A stretch of 64,000 nucleotides of DNA from Octopus vulgaris (taxonomy: Eukaryota): the NCBI GenBank assembly GCA_951406725.2, contig OX597819.1, positions 84,940,001 through 85,004,000 of the forward strand, in the 5' to 3' direction. The notes below the pieces were generated by a model. That model saw only the letters and a program-made list of their open reading frames with translations. It searched no databases and was not told the origin of the DNA. Below are positions 12,807 to 25,725 of the stretch, one piece after another; within the stretch, counting starts at the first letter, position 1, and each line of letters starts with the position of its first letter. Position numbers and translations under genes: made by a program.

Positions 12807-15680
12807 CATCATCATCATCATCATCATCGTTTAACGTCCGCTTTCCGCGCTAGCACGGGTTGGACGGTTTGACCGGGTCTGGGAAGCCAGGGGCCGCACC
12901 AGGCTCCAGTCTGAATCTGGCAGAGTTTCTACGGCTGGATGCCCTTCCTAACGCCAACCACTCCGTGAGTGGATTGGGTGCTTTTTACGTGCCACCTGCA
13001 CAGGGGCCGGAGGGTCCGGCATCGTCACGATCGGTTCGAGCATTTTAACGTGTCAGCGGCACGGGGGCAACGAGGTCCGGGGTACTTTGGGGATCCAGGG
13101 TACTTTGGGGATCTGGGGTACTTAGAATGAGTAGGGGGTATGTGGAATTGCTGCAGAAAGCAGCCCAGGTCTTTGTAGTCACAGCATTTATCGTCACTGA
13201 GTAAGGAAGGGTTGGTGTAGGTTCCTAAGAAATAAAGACATTCGTTATCGTCACTGAGTAACGTTATTAGGTAGAGGAAAGAATACAGATATTCTAGAGT
13301 TGAGTTGGGGAGGGGGGTCCAGTTGAGGTGGGTAATATAGGGGAGCAACCAGTGGGGAAGGTTGGGGTAAGGAGGAACGATGGCAGGAAGGGTTGGTGTA
13401 GGTTCCTAAGAAATAAAAACGTAGGATATTACGAGGCGGGAGGGTGCTAAAGGGGGATAGTCGGAATGAAGCAGTGTCCGGAGGAAGCGTAAGATCGGTG
13501 GGCAGTTGATGAGCTATGGCGCTAGCAGCTTGTCTTTTCACAGTGAAAGCATATGAGGAGAAGGGGTAGTGGGGGGAGGAGGAGGGAGTAGGGCTTACCC
13601 GGTGTAGATGAGTAAGGCGTATCCGGTGTAGATGGTGAGGACAGGGTATACTGGTATTGGTGGTGGAGGGGGTGAGGAACAGTGTTCACCAGTATTGGTG
13701 GTGTTGGCGGTGAGAACAGTGTTCACCGGTATTGGTGGTGGGGGTGAGAACAGTGTTCATCGGTATTGGTGGTGGGGGTGGGGGCGGGCGCACCGCCAAT
13801 GGCTGAAAGATGGCTGAAAGATGGCTGAAAGATGGGAAGAGATGGGAAGAGATGGGATTACGGCTTGAGGTAGCCTCGCCTAAGGTTAAATTTTGTAGAG
13901 AGAGAGATAGAAAGATAAATCAAGTTATGGCGAAGGCTTGAAAGTAGCCTTAAAAGGTTAAATTTTCGTAACAATGTATGAATAAACGTAGTAACAACGA
14001 ATGGAAATATTAAGATAAATTTTTAAAGAACTTGCTGCGGACATCGATCGGGAGTTGAAATTTAAGAAGTAAGTTAGTTGAATTGGGAATTTAAATTGTA
14101 GAATCGTAATGGTAAGAGGAGGAAAAAAGACCGCCAATGGCTGAAAGATGGCTGAAAGATGGCTGAAAGATGGGAAGAGATGGGAAGAGATGGGATTACG
14201 GCTTGAGGTAGCCTCGCCTAAGGTTAAATTTTGTAGAGAGAGAGATAGAAAGATAAATCAAGTTATGGCGAAGGCTTGAAAGTAGCCTTAAAAGGTTAAA
14301 TTTTCGTAACAATGTATGAATAAACGTAGTAACAACGAATGGAAATATTAAGATAAATTTTTAAAGAACTTGCTGCGGACATCGATCGGGAGTTGAAATT
14401 TAAGAAGTAAGTTAGTTGAATTGGGAATTTAAATTGTAGAATCGTAATGGTAAGAGGAGGAAAAAAGACCGCCAATGGCTGAAAGATGGCTGAAAGATGG
14501 CTGAAAGATGGGAAGAGATGGGAAGAGATGGGATTACGGCTTGAGGTAGCCTCGCCTAAGGTTAAATTTTGTAGAGAGAGAGATAGAAAGATAAATCAAG
14601 TTATGGCGAAGGCTTGAAAGTAGCCTTAAAAGGTTAAATTTTCGTAACAATGTATGAATAAACGTAGTAACAACGAATGGAAATATTAAGATAAATTTTT
14701 AAAGAACTTGCTGCGGACATCGATCGGGAGTTGAAATTTAAGAAGTAAGTTAGTTGAATTGGGAATTTAAATTGTAGAATCGTAATGGTAAGAGGAGGAA
14801 AAAGACCGCCAATGGCTGAAAGATGGCTGAAAGATGGCTGAAAGATGGGAAGAGATGGGAAGAGATGGGATTACGGCTTGAGGTAGCCTCGCCTAAGGTT
14901 AAATTTTGTAGAGAGAGAGATAGAAAGATAAATCAAGTTATGGCGAAGGCTTGAAAGTAGCCTTAAAAGGTTAAATTTTCGTAACAATGTATGAATAAAC
15001 GTAGTAACAACGAATGGAAATATTAAGATAAATTTTTAAAGAACTTGCTGCGGACATCGATCGGGAGTTGAAATTTAAGAAGTAAGTTAGTTGAATTGGG
15101 AATTTAAATTGTAGAATCGTAATGGTAAGAGGAGGAAAAAAGACCGCCAATGGCTGAAAGATGGCTGAAAGATGGCTGAAAGATGGGAAGAGATGGGAAG
15201 AGATGGGATTACGGCTTGAGGTAGCCTCGCCTAAGGTTAAATTTTGTAGAGAGAGAGATAGAAAGATAAATCAAGTTATGGCGAAGGCTTGAAAGTAGCC
15301 TTAAAAGGTTAAATTTTCGTAACAATGTATGAATAAACGTAGTAACAACGAATGGAAATATTAAGATAAATTTTTAAAGAACTTGCTGCGGACATCGATC
15401 GGGAGTTGAAATTTAAGAAGTAAGTTAGTTGAATTGGGAATTTAAATTGTAGAATCGTAATGGTAAGAGGAGGAAAAAAGACCGCCAATGGCTGAAAGAT
15501 GGCTGAAAGATGGCTGAAAGATGGGAAGAGATGGGAAGAGATGGGATTACGGCTTGAGGTAGCCTCGCCTAAGGTTAAATTTTGTAGAGAGAGAGATAGA
15601 AAGATAAATCAAGTTATGGCGAAGGCTTGAAAGTAGCCTTAAAAGGTTAAATTTTCGTAACAATGTATGAATAAACGTAG
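12807..15680 (-). mobile_element. Composite non-autonomous retroposon: tandem array + VNTR-rich body + RTE 3' tail
   Basis: (CAT)n and RTE 3' UTR at 12807-13075; short internal repeats at 13075-13790; 338-bp array beyond; related copy at 63657-64000. Confidence 0.6.
13792..15680. repeat. Tandem array of 338-bp units, 5 full + about 200 bp partial
   Basis: Unit starts at 13792, 14130, 14468, 14805, 15143, 15481; apparently identical apart from one A-run length difference. Confidence 0.97.
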
Positions 15681-15999
15681 AAAAAGAATAGAATTAATAG
15701 CTAAACTTTATGTATTTGTAAACAGAACGGTACAAATATATGTAATTTTAGTATTTGCTGCCTAAGTATTATATATGTAGAGATTTTAATTACTCCTTTC
15801 TTCAATGCATTATTTTTATACATACATATATGTTGAAAAAGTTTATTATTTACTCAACATTCTATTAATCGGTTCATGGAAATTCCATGGGTCCTGCTAG
15901 TAAAAGAATAAAAGAATAGTAATTTTTATTTCTGTTGGCTCTATTTTCTTGTTTTCAATAGTGATTTTTTTTTCTTTACTTTTCATATTCTTTTGGTAG

Positions 16000-16090
16000 A
16001 CGTATGCTGTTGTCAGCAGTACTCAAGAACCCTCTAATAAGCTGCCCAAAACCACCACTGATGAAAGAGAATTTGAAATCATTGAACGAG
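16000..16090 (+). CDS. CPSF1: CPSF1 coding exon
   Basis: TYAVVSSTQEPSNKLPKTTTDEREFEIIER + G; GTATGT donor, phase 1. Confidence 0.94.
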
Positions 16091-17090
16091 GTATGTTATG
16101 TTTCCTTCTGCCATTTATGTCTGAATTTGTCATTTATTGTCTTCTTTTAAGGATGATGATGATGATGAAAAAAATCTTTTTGTCAGTTCTGATCAATCCA
16201 TCTTTTGATCAAAGGCTACCCAGGACCAAATTTTGAATGTGTCTTTTGCGAAGACAGTGGAGTTGGATTTCAGGATGATTTAGATGCTATTTAATCAAAG
16301 ACATTCTTGCCTTGACTATCCAGACTTTTTTCCAGATAATGGTGTGTGATTTGAGTGAGGCTTGGTTGCTATTTGAAGCAGATCATGCATCCATGTAGAA
16401 AGTCTACATCATTATCATTGTCGGTAACAAAGGTTTCCCTCTATGAGCATAAGGCAATTTGTATCAAGTTTCATCCGTTTTGCTTTATGTCTGCTTTACT
16501 GTCCTGACATGAATTAAATGAAACTTGTTGAGGCAGATTTTCCTCATATGTGTAACATATCCTGCTCAAAAGGTCCCTGAATAAGATTTGTTTAAGGATG
16601 ATGAATGAAGCACCCATGTTTCCAGAGGTGAATTGTTCAAACCCCCCAAAATTCCTCTCAACACATGGCTATGTATTCCTCCACAACTCCTGCTAGTGAT
16701 CAGAGATGCACATACATTCAGCCACTAAGGGACATGCTAAACTGGTTAAGGTCAAACAAATGACAAGCAAATCTATGGTATTGAGCAGGATATTTGCTGT
16801 CGTCCATCTTTTGCACCAAGGCAAAACCATGTACATGATAATGCATTTGATAGTTTCGGGTAGGTTTCTGTTGCAGCACCTGCTACACTTCCATGTTGCT
16901 GGGGTGTGTGCAGCATTGTGTGTTCTTTTTTGTTGTTGGGGGAGTGCAAAATCTACCTAGTATTGTATTGCATCAGTTTGTTTTGTTATGAGGTTTATCT
17001 TGAGTCTTATGTTGTATTAGCGTTTGTATTGTGGGTGTAATGCAAGCTGTGTTCTTCTGTTGGGTCTCTGGCATGTAGAGTACATGTGGT

Positions 17091-17545
17091 TTATTATTAT
17101 TATTATTATATGGAAATACACATATTATTTTCCTGAGTATGATGGAAAGTGTCAGTTGTCCACAGCCAGCAGACTAAGGTGACACTTATTTACTGGTTAT
17201 GCTTCAAGAATCCTGCGGAGAATATTTGCAGTTCTAAGCAATGCTGATATTTGTAGGTGTTCTACCTTCACACTTGCACCAATCTTTTTCAGCCATTTTG
17301 GTAGTTGAGTGCTGATACTTCCAAGTGCACCAATTACTATAGGTATCACGCCTACTCTCCTCATTAACCACAATCTTCATACTTCCCACTTCAGATTGTC
17401 ACAGTTGTTTATTTTTTCTTCTTCTTTCACATTGATCCTGTTGTCACCGGGGCTTGCTATGTCGATTATCACACATGTACTTTCATTTTTATTCACCACA
17501 GCAATGTCCAGTTTCTGATGTCTGGTTTGGTGATCGCACTGATTA
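17091..17545 (-). mobile_element. R4/Dong-like non-LTR 3' fragment (restriction-like endonuclease domain)
   Basis: HQKLDIAVVNK...CVIIDIASPGDNRINVKEEEKI...*RLW...VIPIVIGALGSI...LRTANILRRIL; ends in a (TAA)n tract. Confidence 0.8.
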
Positions 17546-17571
17546 TTGTTGTTGTTGTTGCTGCTGCTGCT

Positions 17572-17780
17572 CCAGTGAACTGGCAGAATCATTAGCACAC
17601 TGGGTAAAATGCTTAGCAGTATTTCACCTGTCGCTATGTTCTGAGTTTAAATTCCACCAAAGTCGGCTTTGCCTTTCATCCTTTCAGGGTTGATAAAATA
17701 AGTACCAGTTGAGCACTGGGGTTGATGTAATCAACTCATCTCCACCTTCCCAAAGCTGCCCATGTGGCAAAAATTTGAAA
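17572..17780 (+). mobile_element. tRNA-derived SINE (same family as 8041)
   Basis: GAACTGGCAGAATC...GCCTTTCATCCTTTCAGGGTTGATAAAATAAGTACCAG. Confidence 0.75.
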
Positions 17781-17791
17781 TAATAATAATA

Positions 17792-17823
<32 letters not shown>

Positions 17824-17897
17824 GATGATGATGATGATGATCATCATCATCATCCCAGAAGTTTATAATCATATTTTTGCCTTTCTTGATTGTTTAG

Positions 17898-17982
17898 ATG
17901 ATCGGTTTGTTTACCCAATGACAGAAAAATATTGTGTACAGCTTTTTTCACCAGTCAGCTGGGAAGTCATTCCTAATACAAA
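17898..17982 (+). CDS. CPSF1: CPSF1 coding exon
   Basis: (D)DRFVYPMTEKYCVQLFSPVSWEVIPNT + AA; phase 1 in, phase 2 out; GTAAGT donor. Confidence 0.96.
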
Positions 17983-19089
17983 GTAAGTAATTTTTTCACT
18001 GCTGATGACAAAATAAACATTTTCTAAGAATTACATAGTTTACATAAATGTGCTTGTTTATGTATATATTTATGTTTAAGTTATATATGCTCAGTGGGTT
18101 GCTGGGTGGTTGTACTGTATACTGTGAGTCTACAGCAAGTTAGCTCCACAGAAACCCATCCTTCTCCAAGTTGGACCATTTTCATGTGATGTACATGACA
18201 GTCAAAGGCACAAATTATGAAGTGTCATCATCATCTTTTAATGTCCATTGTCCATGCTGGCATGGGTTAGATGATTTGACCAGGGCTGATAAGTCGAGGG
18301 GCTGCTCCAGACTCCTGTCTGATTTGGCATAATTTCTACGGCTGGATGCCTTTCCTCATTTGTAAATTTTGAACATTTACAAAAGTTGAATTGATTCAAT
18401 TTTTACAGTAAAGTTTGACTACCCAGGCGAATATTAAAACAAAAAAACAAATTTTACCTGGAATGTATCTTTTATCTTTTATCTTTTACTTGTTTCAGTC
18501 ATTAGACTGTGGCCATGCTGGGGCATCACCTCGAAGAATTTTTAGTTGAATGAATTGACTCCAGTACTTTTTCTTTTAAGCCTGGCACTTATTCTATCAA
18601 TCTCTTTTTTGTCAAACCACTAAGTTATAGGGACATAAACATACCAACACCAGTGGTAGTATGGAACAGACACAAAAACACACACACATGATGGGCTTCT
18701 TTTAGTTTCTGTCTTCAAAATTAACTCACAAAGCCCAACATGTGTCACACAGTGAGACTGAACTCGGAACCATGTGGTTGGGAAGGAAGCTTCTTACCAT
18801 ACAGCTTTCAAGAAGATCCAAAAAGTGTAACATACATGACATTGCATAAAGTAACTCTTTTTACTTGTAAGCATTAGTTGCTAATTCCTCTGAATTTCTC
18901 CAGAGCAGCATAAAAAACATCATAGTGTTTGTTTATATTGATCTTGACATCTCAGAAAATGCTATTGAGCTTGCTGGACAACAATATCTGTGGTAACAAT
19001 TCTCATTTACCTGCTAACACAAATATAGTCTCTCTCTCTCACACACACACACATACATACTCACTCTCTCTCTCTCTGTCAGTCTAATC

Positions 19090-21650
19090 CAGGGGTTCCC
19101 AACCTTTTTCCTCTGTGGGCCACCAAAATAAGTAATTTTTTCCTGTGGACCACCCCAAATTTTAAATTTATTATAAAAGAACTGCTACTCATAAATATTA
19201 GTATCACTTTCACTTTGCAATGAAAGTTCCTTTTTCGTTCTTGTAAGGGATATCACAGAGAACAAATAACTGAGAACACCAATAACAAAACCAATTTGCA
19301 AATGCACATGGTTCTCAAGAAAGCTTTATTTAATAGAATCGAATAGAAAAGGTTACTGAGTCATGGAGAACACCCTTTTATTCAGTAAAAAAGCTGTATA
19401 GTTAAAATATAACAATGTGAAGGGTAAATTAAAAAGATTTACAGTACAAAAGGTCGTGTAAAAGTTTGAGGGAATATAACAAATTGAATTAACTTAAAAA
19501 TGTCAGCAACAAGTTGTTGGGAAAAACATCAAGAAACCTTCAGTGAGAGCCTTGGGCTTGCTTTTTATCCACAAGCTGAGAATCCTTGGCTCTTTTTGGC
19601 TCAAGGAAATTCTCAAATCAGCATTGTTATCGAGGCTCAAATGCCTCACCTGCTTCGTGAATGAGTGGAGGACAAGGGAAAATCCCTTTTCAGCCAAGTA
19701 GGATGTTGGGAGATTTATAATAAAAGGCTTGACTTGTTCAAACAGCTTTGGATATTCGTGAGAATGATTCAACCAAACCTCAACCCATTTGTTTTCAGAC
19801 GGTTTGCACAGATTATCATCTACCATCACCTCACATAGCTCCATCTGAACGCATTCTAGTTGAACAAGTATATCATTCATAGACATTGTGTGAAGGGAGT
19901 CCACAAAAATTGGGATATTTAAAGCCAAAAGATCTTCAAAACGAATATTGAAGTTTTCATGAAGGAAAGATAGATGCCTGATTATATATTTGTGCAAGTC
20001 GTTATCTACCACAACAGTTTTTTAAGTTCGTGAACTGCAGAAAATTATGATCTTCAATTTGAAGTTTCCAAAGAACAAGTTTATTCACAAATACCCTTAT
20101 CAAATGTCTGGCTTGTACAATGTTGATGTTTTGCTTTTGTAAAGAAATATTGAGATCATTAAGTTTTTGAAAGATTTCATATAAATCAAAAATTACAGGT
20201 TTTTTTCTGAGAAAGTGATTCTGTCATTGTTGCATCAGTCTGTTGAAGAAACTCTATGACTTTATCAAAAAGTGCCACAAAACGTCTGAGACAACTTCCC
20301 ATTGATAGCCAGCATATATCTATTGAATACAACAAACAGCTGAATGTTTCATCTTTACAAGCTTCTTGAAAGTGCCTGTCTTGATGAGCAGAGCTTTTGA
20401 TTTTTTTTACTGTGGAAGCAATTAAATCTAGGGTTTCAGAAAATATATTATTTCTGGTTCTTTTTGCTATCAGGTTTTCTCGATGGAGAACACAATGAAT
20501 TGTGAAGATGGGATTAAATTCTATCCATCTGGCAACAAAACCCTGGAATTTACCAATCATAGACGGTGCTCCGTCGGTGCATATTGATATGAGGTTGAGG
20601 GGATTAATGCCATTTTTAGTAAGATAATCCATGACTGCATTGTAGATATCTCTCCCGTGTTTTTCATTACTGTTTTCATAAAGTGTAGGTTTTCACAAAC
20701 TGTGGTACCTGTCACATAGCAAGCAAAGGCAAAGACAACACATTTGTTGGTCAAAAGTGCTGTCATCCAGTGTTAACGGGAATCTGCAGTGTTGCAAATC
20801 TTCTACAACTATGGATTCAACATCTTCAGCCATTTCACAAATGTGGGAAGATACAGTGTTGTTTGAAAGTGGAATACTTGCTAAAACTAAGGCAGCATTC
20901 AGCACATTAGCAACTTTATATGCTTCAAGTATGGAAGGCCTAATCAAATCTTCGCCAATGGTGTGTGGGCAACCCTGTTTTGCTATCATGAGCGAAATGT
21001 TATAGGATGCCTGCTGACCAGAATGGTTGTTAGTATGGATGAGGAAATTTTTGAGCGATGAAGATGAGACATTTTTTTTGTGATGGTATTCTTCGAAGTA
21101 CTCCTTTGGCTTGCCAAATAAACCAGAATGGATTTTTTGTAGATTATACAAATTTCGAGGGTTTCATTGAGTCATTAGTTAATGCTTTTGAGCAGATAAT
21201 ACATTGTGGTAAAAAAGGATCTTCTACACTGGATACAAAACCCTATTTGATATAATATTTGTGATATCGTCTACAGAATCTTTTTTTCAAGTCGATGGAC
21301 GGAGAATTAAGGGGACATTTTTCCATATCACTGACAGCAAAATTTCTACAGATTACAATTAAACTAACACTTGTGTAAAAATGTATGTACCTGGAGAGAT
21401 AATATGATGTGTTGGGTAAGCTGTAAGAACTGTGGTTTCATTAGTAATCCTCAATTCAAAAGTCAGGTAGAAACCACGTTCGCGTTAACCTGCCGAGAAC
21501 ACACAATTGTTTGTGTGTTTTAATGCGCACAAATGTGGATCTGGTTGTACACATCTGTACCTGTCTGGTATGCGTCCGTGTATGATTGGATAGTTAATCG
21601 TCCAATAAGCAATGAGTGTACTCGTATGTGCTCATGTATATGCGATGAGT
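19090..21650 (-). mobile_element. Decayed hAT (Buster/Charlie-type) DNA transposon
   Basis: TIR CAGGGGTTCCCAACCTTTTT at 19090 after GTCTAATC; transposase pieces BED-like PQCIICSKALTNDSMKPSK, ICTDGAPSM, IHCVLHRENL, PTSYLAEKGFS, QAQGSH*; opposite TIR not found. Confidence 0.9.
19541..21326 (-). pseudogene. hAT transposase pseudogene
   Basis: ATG at 21326; fragments in ORFs 20693..21151, 20186..20632 and 19503..20012 separated by stops and frameshifts. Confidence 0.88.
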
Positions 21651-22010
21651 TGACCATGGCGGAATTTGAACTCTGAATGTAAAGATGGACAAAATACCTC
21701 TGTGTTTTGTCTGGCATGCTGTCTTAAATAAGTTAGCCTTTTATTCTTTTATTATTTTACTTGTTTCAGTCATTTGACTGTGGCCATACTGGAGCACTGC
21801 TTTGAAGGATTTTAGTTGAACAATTCAACCCCAGGACTTAATATTTTATGCCTAGTACTTATTCTATTGGTCTCTTTTACTGAACTGCTAAATTACGGGG
21901 GATGTAAACACACCAAAACCAGTTGTCAAGTAGTGATGGGGGACAGACACAGATACAAATACACAAACACAAACACACACACACACACACACACAGATAT
22001 ATACACATAT

Positions 22011-22315
22011 TGTTGTTTGTTCCTTCTTGAGCCACACCTGGCTCATAGGGCCAGTTTCCCGGTTTCCTTGGTGTATAGGTTCCTCACTTGGACGGGACGC
22101 CGGTCTGTTGCAGGTGAGCTGCAAGATGCAGGAGGAAAGAGTGAGAGAAAGTTGTGGCGAAAGGGTCAACAGAAGTTCGCCATTACCTTCTGCCGGAGCT
22201 GCGTGGAGCTTAGGTGTTTCGCTCATAAACACACACATCGCCCGGTCTGAGATTTGAATCTGCAATTGCTCGACCACGAGTCCGCTGCTCTAACCACTAG
22301 GCCATGTGCCTCCAC
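22011..22315 (-). mobile_element. tRNA-derived SINE (resembles Octopus OR-type families) with 12-bp TSD
   Basis: A box TGGCCTAGTGG and B-box-like GATTCAAATC; TSD ATATACACATAT at 21999-22010 and 22316-22327. Confidence 0.85.
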
Positions 22316-22330
22316 ATATACACATATATA

Positions 22331-23095
22331 TTTATAAATAAAATGCATTAGAAGAATCAATTTATTAGACAGGGTCCAAAAAGTGTCATCAAATAAATGT
22401 ATTTAATTTAACCAGACAGCTGTTTCTATTGCAAAGGACCATATTTCAGGTATACAATTGAAGAATAGGTATTTCAACAAAAGTAATACGCATTATATTA
22501 TGTTGAACTGGATAATCTTGTAAGCTTCAGTTTTGAATTTGATTTGGCGAGTAAGAGGAATAAATTAGTTAGAAAACAGAATCAGTATAATATGATAGCA
22601 AAAAAGAAAACTAAAGGTACTAATTTTAACCCTTTAGCATTTAAACCGGCCATATCCAGCGAGAAGTTTTCTGCCTGTTTTATGTTCAAACTGGCCAGAT
22701 CTGGTCTCTCACGTCAAACCTACAATATCGTTTTAAAAATTAACAGCTACCTCATCAAAAGCTCATAGCTACAAGATAATGCATGATTAGTTCAAAACAA
22801 TGTGGATAAAAAAGCATTCATTTTGGTAGAATAATGCGAACACTAAAGGGTTAAATATTGAAATATTTAATTATTGTCCACTGATGAGTTCCAGACATAA
22901 TATAATAATGTCTATTACTTTTGATAAAATAGCTATTTTTCAATAGTATATGGTCTTTTGTGAAAGAAACAGCTGTCTGGTTAGATTTAATTAAACTATC
23001 CATATTAGCATCAAAACCTGTTCAATTTATTTGATGACATTTATTGGATTTCGTTTAATAAATTGATTCTTCATATGATTTTTATTTATATAAAT
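22331..23095. repeat. Foldback element with degenerate hammerhead motif, hosting a TTAA MITE
   Basis: Arms about 22331-22510 and 22890-23095 are complementary; CTGATGA at 22881; GAAAC-AGCT-GTC at 22966. Confidence 0.7.
22626..22854. mobile_element. piggyBac-like MITE
   Basis: TTAA-CCCTTTAG...CTAAAGGG-TTAA. Confidence 0.85.
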
Positions 23096-23287
23096 TCATA
23101 CGGAAATGAAAGGAATCCTTTAAATAAAGTATGATTAAAAAACCTTGGAAACCTAGGGAATACTACCCTAAACAGAAGTATTTTCATCTGGAAAAATATA
23201 ATATACATATCTTTCCTGAACACCTATTAATAATAATACTGTAATTGTTCCACGTGTTGTTGTTTTTTCTGTTTTCCCGTTTGGATT

Positions 23288-23331
<44 letters not shown>

Positions 23332-23341
<10 letters not shown>

Positions 23342-23716
23342 GCACTCTGTCGGTTACGACAACAAGGGTTCCAGTTGATCCAATCAACGAAACAGCCTGC
23401 TCGTGAAATTAACGTGCAAGTGGCTAAGCACTCCACAGACACGTGCACCCTTAATGTAGTTCTTGGGGAGATTTAGCGTGACACAGGGTGTGACAAGGCT
23501 GGCCCTTTGAAATACAGGTAGAGCAGAAACAGAAAGAAAGAGTGAGAGAAAGTTGTGGTGAAAGAGTACAGCAGGGTTCGTCACCACCTCCTGCCGGAGC
23601 CTCGTGGAGCTTTAGGTGTTTTCGCTCAAACACTCACAACACCCGGTCTGGGAATCGAAACCGCAATCCTACAACCGTGAGTTCGCTGCCCTAACTACTG
23701 GGCTATTGCGCCTCCA
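23332..23716 (-). mobile_element. tRNA-derived SINE (OR-like) inserted in (TA)n
   Basis: Head GGAGGCGCAATAGCCCAGTAGTTAGGG...GGTTTCGATTCC; (AAC)n tail; related to 22011 and 34223. Confidence 0.8.
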
Positions 23717-23718
23717 CT

Positions 23719-23772
<54 letters not shown>

Positions 23773-25539
23773 GATGGACTTCTTTCAGTTTCTGTCTACC
23801 AGATCCACTCCCAAGGCTTTGGTCAGTCTGAGTCTATAATAAAAGACAGTTGCTCATGGTGTCATGCAGTGAGATTGAACCTGGAACCATATGTTTGGAA
23901 AGCAAGCTTCTTACCACACACCCACACCTGTGCCTAAATAAAGTTTGTAAATATTGGGTTGAAACCCCTTGGCTTGAAAATTTCAAAAGACATTCTGCCA
24001 TTGTACAAAAGTGATCTTTCAAATAATGTAGATAATTTTTTTTTCATCTTTGATGCTTCTTCTTATGCAGATGAAAAATGTCTGCTCAAAGAATGTAATA
24101 AACAAATTGCTTTTATAAAATAAGTGGTGATGTATTGAATATTGTATGCAAAAGTTTCTCGATTAATTGAAATAGTGAGATGTGGCTGTGTAGTAAGAAG
24201 TTTGCTTCCCAACCACATGTTTTGGGTTCAATCCCACCGCATAGCACCTAGGGTAAGTGTCTTATACTATAGCTTTGGCTGATGAAAGCTTTGTGAGTGG
24301 ATTTGGTAGATGGAAGCTGAAAGAAACCTGTTGTATATGTAAATATGTATATGTATGCGTGTGTTCTGTCTCCTTGTCTTGATATCATCTTCATACAAGT
24401 GAGATGGTTTATACCCAGTCTTCTGTGAAAATCATTTTTTCAATATAGAGACAATGGTGACTTGAATGATAGAGAGCATGGAGTTGTTATAGCAATTGCC
24501 TCAACATTCTGAAGTTACCATCAAAAATCCACATTTTTATAAGGCTCATTAGAAGGTTCTAGGAAGTCTAATCACATGATGGCTGATTGGTCACTTATTG
24601 GTTGGTTAATTGGATGATCATGTGAAATGACAGTGATCTCAACATGATCACTGTCCAGTGATTTGATTTTGAATCTGCTATGCATTCAAATGTGTACAGT
24701 GAACAGAAATCAAACTATTTGTGGTATAAGAAATGGAAGTAGGACATAACTTGGCAGTTATAATTAAAGTATTATTGCTGACTAGTTATTTGTTTAGCTG
24801 GCACACTCTTCCATTAAACTCTGCCATTAATGTGTGCTAAGAATCACATCTTAGCTATGTAAGCAATACTAGAAAGTTATTCTGAGCATTTGTATCGGAT
24901 TAGTAACGTTCCAAATTTGAAATTATTTTATAAGTTCTGTGGGTGGAGGAGGAAATTTATGTAGAAGTTGAATGAAATGAGAGAGGTGTGTGTGTGTGTG
25001 TGTGTGTGTATCTGCAAGAGGAAGGCATGACTGCAGACAACATTAACTGGTCATATCAACTTCTCCAAGCCAGACGAGTGTTGGAAAATGAAATGGAAAA
25101 ATGTGCTTCTTGATTATAGCAACTATATTTTATAATCCATGTGCTCTGCTTACTACTGTATATTCTAATATGCTTAGTTTCCGTTTTGTAGTTTTAGATT
25201 TTTTTTTATTTAAAACTGTTCTTTTGATTCTGAAACCACTTTGCTAATTTGATCACTTGTTTCTATTTAAAAATGTTGTTGCTAGTTGGGTTTTCCATGT
25301 ATAAATAACAATAAGAAATTATATCTTCCTCATCATCAGGAGTTGTGTGTGTGTATGTGGTAGTGGGGTGTTGTCTCAAACAGGATACATCTTACAACTA
25401 AGTTGCGAACAACTTTTAATGATGAAAAGAAGACATTGAATTCTTTTGAGTGTTTGGATTAGAGAGAGACAGAGAGAGAGAGAGAGAATCGAAATAGATC
25501 TAAATTGATATAACGTATATAACTTATACACCCCTATTT

Positions 25540-25540
25540 A

Positions 25541-25598
<58 letters not shown>

Positions 25599-25679
25599 GT
25601 TTAAATTGATATATATAAATAGATCTAAATTTATGTATGTATTTTTTTGTATATATACATACACATATATATACACACA

Positions 25680-25725
<46 letters not shown>

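Noticed and set aside
13792-15680. CRISPR-like array
   Set aside because: Units are whole identical repeats with no unique spacers, and the context is eukaryotic with no cas genes.
19503-21326. Domesticated ZBED/SCAND3-like host gene
   Set aside because: Multiple stops and frameshifts plus a retained TIR indicate a dead transposon.
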